A DNA stretch of 64,000 nucleotides from Pocillopora damicornis (Eukaryota). The translations under genes and the position numbers were made by a program. The stretch spans positions 124,001-188,000 of the forward strand of contig NW_020847349.1 in NCBI RefSeq assembly GCF_003704095.1. Reading direction: 5' to 3'. Each line of letters opens with the position of its first letter. Position 1 is the first letter of the stretch. This document shows, piece after piece, positions 38,967-50,159 of the stretch. The notes under the pieces were generated by a model. That model searched no databases and had not been told where the DNA came from. It saw nothing but the letters and a program-made list of their open reading frames with translations.

Positions 38967-41900
38967 GTTGATGTACTGGTGTGACCGGGGTACTGTGCCT
39001 AAGATTGAAGTTGCTAACATGGACGGAAGCAGTCGGCAAATATTGGTAAAAAGAGGATTATACTGGCCAAATGGTCTCACTTTAGATGAAGCAAATAATC
39101 GGCTCTACTGGGTAGACGCATACTTTGATGTCCTTGAATACTATGATTTGGAACGTCACACAATAACAACTTTGATGGAAGATAGTTCTAAATTACCATA
39201 TCCGTTTGGTTTGACGCTGCTCGAAGATCACTTGTACTGGACGGATCTTAGATTAGATGTTGTTAATCGAGCGGAAAAGAAGACACTTTCAAACATGACA
39301 GTTGTTGCCAAGGGCCTTCGTCGACCCATGTATATACATGCTTATGATAGGAATAAACCTCTCCCAGGTAAACAACTTCTAAAACCCTAGCTTTATGTCT
39401 TTTTTGTCTTCTCCTGAGTCACCTCCTTTAGAGACATTTTGAAGTGACCTCCATAGTGCCGTCAACTTTAAGGAATGGCTACTTGTTTTCGGCATTCTGG
39501 ATACTGTGAAAAAATCATTAATGGATTCCTTACTACTAATCTACTCAACTGAAGGCGTTTTACCCCAGAAATAATTTTGTGCAATAATCAACTTTTTGAA
39601 AAAGAGAGATGGTGTGACGGAATATGAAAAATAATGAACATTAAGAGCATGAAAAAAGGTACATATTCTCTATAATTCGGAATATTTCTAGACTCATTCT
39701 TATCTTGCGTTCTAGCTTGAAATTAAATCCGTAATCATACAGTTCGCGGATAAAGCTCAACAAAAGCTTATGTTCTCTTAGTTTGTACAAGTTATCATGA
39801 TGGTTTGAGGCAAGGAATGAAAACCAGTAACTTAGTTTCCAATCAATGGTTAACAGACACTCACCAAACTACTGTATACATAGGTATACTAGGAGCTGGA
39901 GGTGGACTCGTACTTTTTCGTATAAATTTGGAGGAGATCAAATCAAAAGCTATCAAAAAAATGAAACAGGTTGCCTTGCATTTCTCATAGTTATGAGCGC
40001 TTGATTATATCGAAGTTTCTTCGTCAACAGATCACCCCTGTTCTAAGTCCTATGGTGGGTGTTCTCACCTGTGTCTTTTGAGACCGGATGGATATCGGTG
40101 CTCGTGTCCAGACTACCTGCAACCCGGTGAAAATTGCTCTAGTTCTGGTAAGTGGTGTATTTGAGGATGGCCATTTAGTTTCGACGAACTATATCGAGAA
40201 TTTCAGAGTCAGATATACCCTTGTCAGACGTTTTCCTAGTCAGGTCCACTCAAAACAAAGCAACGACAGTTGAACAACAGCTTTCTTTACTCTACTAGTA
40301 AGCTCAGTACACGCCGTCCGATTGCAAATGACAAACACTGTGCTCGTACATTTTCTTCGGGCATTATCTGTTCCTCTAAGCCACAATTTTTCTTTAAGCG
40401 TCGTGTGCGGAAAGTTTTTTCCTCTCATAACAAACAACGTCAATGAGAATTTCCCTTCCCTTATTTAAAGGGGGTAAGTCTCTAAAGAAACTGTGATGCT
40501 GCGTCAGTGAAAGAGTATAACAGGTTAATTTAGTATTATCTACTGAGTTGATAACTTAAATTGGCCACCGTAAAGAGTTACAAAGCTAACCTTTCGAGCG
40601 TCAGCCCTTCCTCAGAGTGAATGACGAATTATTGTTTATTTATGTCTAATCAGAATCTTTCTTCTCCGAAATCAGTCCACCTTTATTCTCCGCCTTCTTC
40701 AACTACGCCTGAAGCCACAACCACACAGCAGTCACCCACCACACAGCAGTCACCCACCACACAGCAGTCATCCACCACACGGCAGTTATCCACCAGACAA
40801 CAGTCATCCACCAGACAGCAGTCATCCACCACACAGCGGTCATCCACCACACGGCAGTCATCCACCACACGGCAGTCATCCACCAGACAGCAGTCATCCA
40901 CTAGACAGCAGTCATCCACCACACAGCAGTCATCCACCACACAGCAGTCATCCACCATACAACAGTCATCCACCACACAGCAGTCATCCACCCGACAGCA
41001 GTCATCCACTACACGGCAGTTATCCACCACACAGCAGTCATCCACCAAACAGCAGTCATCCACAATACGGCAGTCATCCACCAGACAGCAGTCATCCACC
41101 ACACAACAGTCACCCACCAGACAGAAGTCATCCCCCACACAGCAGTCGTTCACCACACAGCAGTCGTCCACCAGACAACAATCAACTCCTCCTGGTCCTT
41201 ATGATTGTCGTTCGAACAAGTGTAGAAATGGAGGATCTTGTGTAATTCCTGGTTATTTTTGCGAGTGTCCGAAGTATTATGTTTGGGACCTCTGCCTTGT
41301 TTACGTTGGTAAGCGTAAATCGATTAAATTGAGCTTATGCTCTTGTTTATCAAGCCGATTTGGTGAAACTAGGTCATCTGTTCCCTTGTACCACAGAGAA
41401 TCAGTATGCGGGGAAGATGGTAGAGATGTAAATGTAATCTATCCGGGCTGTGCTCAGCTGAAGTCGCATTTTCGTACAGGCTAGATTGTAAGAATTCCTA
41501 TTCTAGAGTAGTACTAAGGATATCATATTCCCCTTTGTGTCAGTTGTCATACAAGATCACCTAGTGTTAAAAACACGAGTATGGACATGGGATGCAAGTC
41601 ATAACATAGGTTCTATTTCAATGTAAATGTTCGCTATAAAACTCAAAATGAAAGAAAAGAAGCTGCCCAGAAATAAGATCAGTGCTGGCTAGAAGGACTT
41701 CATAACATCTTGTGAAAGGTTTGATACCTCTCAATAACATCATTGTAATTGCAAGAAGAATTTTTAAGAATGCTGTTCTCATTTTAGGTTCAAGCGCCGT
41801 AGAAGTAGAGATAAATCTTCAAAACGAGGTAAGGATGCTGCGTTTTGTTTCGTGCTGACACCTTTCCCCCCTCCTCCCCCCAGCGTAACCAGCCTTGCAT

Positions 41901-44707
41901 TTTTCTTTTAACCATAGAAAGTTCCGTAGGAAGTGCAAGAACGGTGAATCAAGGTTTTACTGGTAGAAGAAGTCAAGAATTTTTATTTCTTTTCCTTTGT
42001 TATCCCGACCAGCTATTTTAACAATGACTGATTCTCTATTTGGTTGATCAATATCCGTGTGAGCTCTAGAAATAAAAATGGCTACTGTTTCCTTACGAAT
42101 ACATACCTAGATCTGCGAAGGATTCGAACTGAGTTTCCAATGTCGGATCCTTTGCTCTGTCACCAAGTAGGTTTGTATCGGTGGATTCGCTTTCATCTCC
42201 TCCACTTTCTACAAACAACAGCTCTAAATGAATAGCGCCGGGAGCTAAATAAACCGCAAGTCATGTTTAACTTGAACGAACTTTTCATTAGATAGCACAA
42301 TCCTGTTTTTATTTTATTGAATTCTGTTTAGAAACAATGGATAACGTATAACTTCCAGGCTGCAGTGGCAAAAGCTTGCACAAGTTTTTTTTGCGTAGAT
42401 GAGGAATGTGGAAGGTAACGGTAGTATCTGATTAATGTATTTACACTCCATGCATTGGAGAGTTGGCCTTCTTCATTTAAAAACAACGTGAGAAAAAAAT
42501 CAAGTTCGTTTATCTGATTGACAAACGCTCGAATATTCGTAATTTTACATAAGAGGAAATTGTTGACGGTCCTACCATTAACATCAACTCCTCTTTTAGA
42601 TCAGATATGTCAATCAGCGAATTCCCCCCACCACCGCATTTTAGGCTTTTCCTAAAATAAGTGTGACTTAATTTCTTAAAATTCACCTGCAGCAAGTCAA
42701 AACGAGATAGTAATTCAGAAAAGGAAAAGAAATTCGTGGCTTCCGACGCTAAAATACTTGGACTTTCCATTGGTGGAGAAAATATTTTGAAAATAGAGGT
42801 AGCTGTTTTATTTCCATCTGTGGAAGGCCAGGTTCCTGAACCTGTACCTCGTGCTACACTGGACCAAATACTCCAAAAAAATGATGAAGGTCTTGGGGCA
42901 GCCATTGGAGGCACAATCATCAGGATCGGTAACAACATTTTTAACCTTTATCGCTCTTCTCAGGAAAAAGGCAATAAGCCATTTTTTTTTTTTTGATAAT
43001 ATGAAAGCAAGACATACCATAGAGTTTGAGATCTATTTTAGGTTAATGGACAACTAGCTTGTATCTCCCCCGGGTTCCTTTGCTATGGAGAACCAAACGT
43101 TTCAGTCACTAGACTCCGACTTCTACATCAATAGCTGCAGAGTTTCAGAAATTCAGGCATTTCAAAGCTTGTAGTTTGGTCAATGACGAGGACAAAAAGG
43201 AAGCGATTTGGTTACAAACTGAGCTAATTCTCATAAGCCATCCCTTCCATATGTTATCATAGAAAATTAAAGTAAGACTACCTTGAAAAATTTGCGCTGA
43301 TTTAAGTCACGTTTATTTATTTTATTATTTTTTTGCTTGGCCTCTATTTTTGAGTCATCAATTAGGTGGTTAACTTTAGCTTATTTTTGTGGCCCTGATT
43401 CCCAGTCAACGAGCCGAAAATTCTCGATAGTTATCGGAACATTTTGACGATTTCAAAATAGAATAGATTTTCATTTCGCCCACTCTTTCTTCACAAAGCC
43501 GATATCACAGTCTCTATATGAAGTGCTCCAGTTGGTATGAATCCTTCCCTTGTACACTAGCTGTATACTAAGTTTGGGGACGATTATTGTACAATATCAC
43601 TAAATTTGTGTCAAACATTGCAGGGCTTGTTTTTTTTTAATACCATGTTTGAGGTACATGCGGTATATAAGCTTAGATACCAGGGCCTGGGCACCAATCA
43701 AAACTCAGGACTTGATATGTAGCACAGATAGTTGTAAATTGTTAAACGATAATCACTTTCTACCTTTTTTCAAGGCAAACGACAGGTAGAGAACCCAACA
43801 AATACTGAAAGGTCTACTCAAGATAAAGAGACGTTTAACGTGCCAATTGTTGCTGGGTTAGGAGGCACTGTTGTTCTGTTGATGTTAATCGTGGTATTCT
43901 TCGTCTGCCAAATGATGCGGTGAGGCTTTCGAAAGAAGTAACTTTATTTTATTTATTAATCAGTCAGTCGACCAGTTATTATGAAGTAGGCCCACATCTT
44001 TTGGCTTTGACATTTACAATCCTGTTAATCTTTTTCGTCCCTGTCATCCTCCTTCCTTCTTATATTTCATTCTGCATCTTCTTGCGCTTTTGGAGTCTCA
44101 GTGTATCCCAGAAAGCTTTTCAGTATTTTTTAGTTTCCTTCTATTGTAAATCACCTACTCCTGCTACTACAAAAATATCACGAAACATCGCGACGTAGCC
44201 CCTTGGAGGTTGGAGACGTCCCAACAAACTGCAACTGCATTAGAAATATCATTTACTTCTTTACTGAAAATGGAGAGAATAACTATGACAGAAGGGCATT
44301 TATTTAGAAGGGACTGTTGTTGTGGTTGCTTTCTCTTTTCTTAGGAAATGTCTGATTTGTCTTACAGGAAAAGAAGTCGCACAGGGAAAAGAACAGACGA
44401 AATTTATTTGGACAGTGACTTTGCGCACCCCAGAGCCAATTTCACTGTTACATTTGAAAACCCAGGGTATGCCGCGGAAAACACGACGCATGAATCCGTC
44501 CACCACAGAAGTGGATCGGTGACATCCAGACAAGAGCAAGTCAACGGGGTTGGATCCTTGGACAACAACAACGCAACCCAGCAAGTAACCGAAAAAACCG
44601 TTATGAGTAACCCAACCTATGGTGTACCATTCACTAAAGATCCTGCAATCATCGAAGATTCTGAAAATCGCTATGCCACCATCGGGGACAAGAAGACAGA
44701 GTCATAG
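38967..44707 (+). CDS. LRP-like receptor, copy C, 3' part (half propeller, EGF, mucin stalk+EGF, SEA-like, TM, tail)
   Basis: Exons 38967-39367, 40031-40147, 40676-41308, 41788-41828, 42332-42414, 42693-42928, 43775-43919, 44368-44707; parallel to copy B, frame open. Confidence 0.9.
40726..41175 (+). repeat. Coding 18-bp VNTR, 25 hexapeptide units, mucin-like stalk of copy C
   Basis: Exon is 633 nt vs 525 nt in copy B, i.e. 6 extra 18-bp units. Confidence 0.95.
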
Positions 44708-47262
44708 GCGAAAGGAGCCGGGGTGACTGATAAAGTTAATTACGTAAATCTTCTAGAAAAAAATGATAATAACATGCTGTTGCGAAAGTGAATTAGGTTT
44801 CCCCAGCAACTGCATTTTTTTGTTTGCTTCTGTAGAGAACACCAATCAACGGCTCTAGTTGCAGGAAACATGCCGGAGTTGATATTTCCACAACATTCCT
44901 ATAGGCTTTTTTTTGGGCTAGATGTTGGAATAAAGAGAGATGCTTTCAATTCCTTTGGTCGCAAGCTTTACACAAACCAATTTTTTTTCTTTTTTTTCAT
45001 TTTCCCCCCAAAAAACCAACAAAAATGCGTATTTTTCCCTCTACACTACTTAGGGAAACTTGTTAGTTTGAATTCACCTTTAATGTTACTTTAGTTTGCC
45101 GTACGATCCCTCTTGAGTTAGGAAAAGGATAGGGTCACTATAAAAATCTGATCTTCATGAATTATTGAAATAACTAATATTTTTTTTCATCATGACGAAG
45201 CTACGCTTTAGTATCCAGTTCTTGGCGGCGGTAGAATTAAATAGAAATCTGCTGACTCAGAAAAAGTATGCGGCATACTTTTTTTTTTCCTATTAGACGC
45301 CTAGCACAATTACCGCCGTCGGAATGACGGCTCCAGTTTAAGAGAGTTTGGATGGTATTACCTCTTGAATGAAGAAAGAATAAGGAATTTTTACTCTTAC
45401 TAGAATTCACGATATTCCTAATCCCAATTTCAATGTTGCATGCATTTTGAAATTGTTAGATGCACCTTTCTGTTTATGTTGCTATAGCAAATTAATTTGA
45501 CTTTTGCTTTTTCGTGGATTAAGATCTTTTTTATCAAGCGATTGGCTTTTATTTCGTTCTAATCTACTTATTAGTGTTTACATATATTCATTCCTGGTGT
45601 GAAATCCTCGTTAATTAAGCGAAATAAAGTTTCTCGAGTTATTTTAATGTTATAAAAACTAAATATTTTTTTCCATTCGTGTTATTTCAAATAATCACAG
45701 TTAGAGGGAAAGATTAAAGATCTTGGGTTGATCATGTTTCAATGTTTACTTTGCATGTTATCATCCCTGTTGATGTTATTAACTAGCTTAATATCTTTCC
45801 TAGTTCGTTCATTATATAATTCCTATCTATTACTCGTATTCCGTCAGTGTTTCGTTTTGCTTTCTCATTTTTGCTTTCTTTGATCGCGGCCCCTGAGGGA
45901 AATCTTCTCATTCCCTATTCAGTCCCTTTCTCGCTTCCCTCTGCGCTAAGCCGATACAGCATTCCATTTTCCTTTTCTTGCACTTTATTTTGCGTTATTC
46001 ATCATATCTATTTGTTTTCCTTTTATCAACTCTCTACTGCCATTTGTGTTCTTGTGTTTCTCCTTTTGCCGGCATCCTATTTCTTCCCGCCCTCCTTGTA
46101 AGAAACTAATGGAAGCTCATTTCTTTTTAATTACAATAGTCCTTTCAAAAAAAAAAAGCTTAAAGGACTGTGATCACTGCAAACAAATTGGGACGATGGG
46201 CTCGTCGACTTATTGTTCGGAATGTGCCGTTAAAATTGCGTGACAAGTTCGTGACAAGTTAACTTGAAGCTTCACCTTGCGCAAATTATTAGTTTACCTC
46301 ATGTGGAAACGTCTCTGGGAAGTTTACGAATTTTGGAACGAGCGTGACATTTTTTTTGGTAAAACCATAATCACGGAGACCTTTTGCAGTGAGTTATTTG
46401 GTGTTACATAAACGTTTCCCAAATAATTTAGTTTTCTCGCTCCACAAACCGTACAATTTATCATGCCTTGAGCACAAGAGAACGTGGACTCAGAGTCTCT
46501 GCTGTTAAGTGCTTGAGTATCGTTTAGAAAGTCCGGAGATCTACTATGCTGAATACTTCTATGTCTTGTTTCATCGTTGCTGTCGTGTAATATATTCAGC
46601 AAATGATCAATCCCCATTTCTCTAAACTGTCACGGCCACAGCTAACTTTAGCCCCCCAGCAGTCGTAGTTACTCTAGTAACTGTTTGCACCGCCAAATTT
46701 TTTTCTTCAAAGTCTCGCACTGTAATATGAAAATATTTTGCAACGGCCCATCCTTTATTTAAACACTCTAATAAGTTTTGCTCCTTATATTTTGGTTTCA
46801 GCCTTTTAATCTACTTTGTCTGATGGATACGGGAAATGCTGAGTTTGAAATTTTGCGGATTGCTTCGATGAGTTACGAGCGGGAAATTATATGCGGTTTG
46901 TTTACATCTAACAGAGTAGGATTAGAACACACATTTATAGCATTTCTTTCCCTTTAGCGCTTCTCCACTACTTATATATCAACGTTCACAGATGCACAGA
47001 AGCCAACATTATTCCGGTAGAGACGATTACTTTTGCCGTATAGATTTGAATTGTTACATGTATTTGTAATTTCGATTAATGGGGCATTTTCCCTAACATA
47101 GGTACATGCATTCTTTCTGAGGTTAGAGATGCAGTGATTACAGAAAAGGATAATAACTCGTCGAAGTCTACAAAATGATGTCCATAATTGTTGCAAGGGG
47201 TTTTTGATATTTGATCTATGTTGGTAATTTCAGAGGTCTTTCAATGTTTGAGTTACTTCTAT

Positions 47263-47295
47263 TTAACCCTTTAACTCCCAGAAGTGATTAACATA
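47263..47295 (+). mobile_element. Probable piggyBac-type (TTAA/CCC) element terminus
   Basis: B/C 3'-flank homology stops exactly at TTAA; C continues CCCTTTAACTCCC while B (37090) continues GTTGAC. Confidence 0.45.
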
Positions 47296-47299
47296 AAAA

Positions 47300-47669
47300 C
47301 GTACAAGGTGCTTCTTTTGACATGCGACATGCGGTATTCAACTGTGCCGCGGGCACGCCAACGGCTTTGTCCAGTAGTTCAGTGGTCAGTGCACTGGGCT
47401 CCGAGTAGGACGACCCGGGTTCTAGTCCTGGCCGGGGCAAGGCGTTGTGCCCTTGAGACGTGTGGGAAAAAAAAATGCGAGCTCCGCTTTTAGGCTTGGC
47501 TAAATCTATATATTACTTGGTCCAAACAGCATTGAGGAGTGGAAGTAAATTGCTGAGCACTGCATTTCTCCTCACCAACAACCTGCTAGAGAAACCTGGC
47601 AGATAAAATTTAAACATGAGATGCAACTGAAACTTAAGTGTGAGTTACTACTGCATAAACCTGGCTGAC
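47300..47669 (+). mobile_element. Interspersed repeat with tRNA-derived SINE-like head
   Basis: A-box-like TAGTTCAGTGG (47375) and B-box-like GGTTCTAGTCC (47418); close second copy at 50790-51140. Confidence 0.65.
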
Positions 47670-50159
47670 NNNNNNNNNNNNNNNNNNNNNNNNNNNNNNN
47701 NNNNNNNNNNNNNNNNNNNNNNNNNNNNNNNNNNNNNNNNNNNNNNNNNNNNNNNNNNNNNNNNNNNNNGGTCTAAATTAGATCGATAATACTAGGATGA
47801 TTACTTAGGTGGACGTTTCTTATAAAGCTTTTTCTCGCACATTCAGCTGTCATTTGTAATTGTGTTGTCTCACACATTTTTGATTCAGCGGCGATTCAGT
47901 GCGGTTATCCCGGACTCTCTGAGTCCTGAAGTCTACTAAAATAGCTCTCAAGCACATGATGTCATTTACAAAAGAGCTTCGTTTGCACTTTCGGTTTCAA
48001 TTTCCTTTGTTTTAAATATAAAAGTCTTTAGGTCTAAATCGTCACATCCATTTTCGAATGAGAACAACTTTGTTAAACTAGAAGCCTTGCTGGTGCCCTC
48101 GTGAAGTCGAAACAGTCGGTCTGGCGCGAGTTGTGTTGTATTTTCGAACGCTGCCTCAGGGTAAGTTTGAATGCAAAATGCAAACAATAGAGGATTTATA
48201 ATCCTTGAGATGAGGCTCATACGTCAGTTTGTTATTGCACGCGAACTGATTTTTAACTGGTCTTTTCACCTTCGTTGCCAAAAAATTAATGAACGTATCC
48301 CAAGCTGCCTTCAAGTCACTAAATTAGTGATGAAGGAATAAGAATGAAGAATTTAGGTCAGACAAATGAGCAAGAACAAAATTTTGCTCCTTTAACAGTA
48401 TTATGCTGAGCTATTCATCGGAACTGTGATTTTTGGGGTAATACTTCTGGAATAAACAGCAATATTACATGTTGATGCTTTCATTTGAATCCTACAGTAA
48501 CGATAATTCTGAATTCAGTATGATATCTCATCTTCACAAAAGTCTAAATGAGCAATCTTTTCTAAACTGACCTAACTTCGTTTAAGAAAGACGTCACTTA
48601 ACATGATCATAACTTGTCGTAATGGTATTGCGGGATATTTCCATTTGTCTGGGTCGTATTTGTTCGCCGAAAAATAAAATTCCTTTCGAAGGCTAACAGC
48701 ACGACGAAAATCACCTTCGGGTAAACTAGGCAGAATTACCAACACTCCTTAATTAAATTAGAGAGACAAAAAAACCAACATGAGCCTTGCACCTATTCCT
48801 TGATCCTATTAGTAAGCATTCAGTTTTTCTCTGATGATCTCCAATCCCACCCCTGTAAGTGCTAAAGCTGACTGATATCCCTTCCCTTGAGAGTTTCGCT
48901 CTTTCATACTATCACATATCCCCTCAAAATAAATAAAAAAGGAAAAGATGAAAAATCCTCTGGCAGCTTTGGAGGGGTAAGGAAGCCCTCCACCCTCTTC
49001 TAAATCTGGATCAAACTATCCTTTCTGTGTCTTAATTTCAGATTTTTCCGTAGGTAAAGGAAGAAAAATGTGGAGACATCTGCTCACGGAAACTGTGCCG
49101 CTTTTGACAGGGCCGTGTCGGACAGCTGGTGTTTCAACGCTATCGCGACATACGGTAAGTTCAGAAACAAGCACATGTCCAGAATTCATAAGTTTTGAAA
49201 ACTCACCGTCCTTCTTGGGTCCTGAAAAAATCGCGCTGGGAAGCATGAGTGGGGCGGGGGGAGGGGAAGCATGGGTGGGGCGGGGGAAGGGGGAGCATGA
49301 GTGGGGTGGGGGGAGGAGGAAGCAAAATGTCCAGCGTGAAATTATTATACTGATTCTCTGACGCAACCGCGGCAGTTGTAATCTACACCTGGGAACATGA
49401 CACAAGAATGAGGTGATATTATCTATGCTTTTCGAAAATCAACCAAGTTCATGATATCTGGCGTAAAATTACCGTGAATCATAGAAACAAGTCCACCGCC
49501 AGGGACGTGACCTGAGTTCGAGATTTACAGNNNNNNNNNNNNNNNNNNNNNNNNNNNNNNNNNNNNNNNNNNNNNNNNNNNNNNNNNNNNNNNNNNNNNN
49601 NNNNNNNNNNNNNNNNNNNNNNNNNNNNNNNNNNNNNNNNNNNNNNNNNNNNNNNNNNNNNNNNNNNNNNNNNNNNNNNNNNNNNNNNNNNNNNNNNNNN
49701 NNNNNNNNNNNNNNNNNNNNNNNNNNNNNNNNNNNNNNNNNNNNNNNNNNNNNNNNNNNNNNNNNNNNNNNNNNNNNNNNNNNNNNNNNNNNNNNNNNNN
49801 NNNNNNNNNNNNNNNNNNNNNNNNNNNNNNNNNNNNNNNNNNNNNNNNNNNNNNNNNNNNNNNNNNNNNNNNNNNNNNNNNNNNNNNNNNNNNNNNNNNN
49901 NNNNNNNNNNNNNNNNNNNNNNNNNNNNNNNNNNNNNNNNNNNNNNNNNNNNNNNNNNNNNNNNNNNNNNNNNNNNNNNNNNNNNNNNNNNNNNNNNNNN
50001 NNNNNNNNNNNNNNNNNNNNNNNNNNNNNNNNNNNNNNNNNNNNNNNNNNNNNNNNNNNNNNNNNNNNNNNNNNNNNNNNNNGTATACCTGTTCAACTGA
50101 TTCCGTCGAGTTATTTTGCAGTTACTCCCATTATTCGTAATGTACTTAATATTCCACAG

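Noticed and set aside
30182-41171. VDDCC-, WWMTAV- and HPPDSS-repeat ORFs
   Set aside because: Shadow frames of the mucin VNTR; only the S/T/Q frame fits the splice phases and the EGF
4538-44707. Assigning the symbol LRP4, LRP5/6 or LRP1/2
   Set aside because: No LDL-A repeats, no PPPSP motifs, and extra mucin/SEA-like parts
47367-47437. tRNA gene
   Set aside because: A/B boxes are present but the T-loop is TTCTA and the cloverleaf is poor; it sits in a longer repeat found twice, so a SINE head fits better
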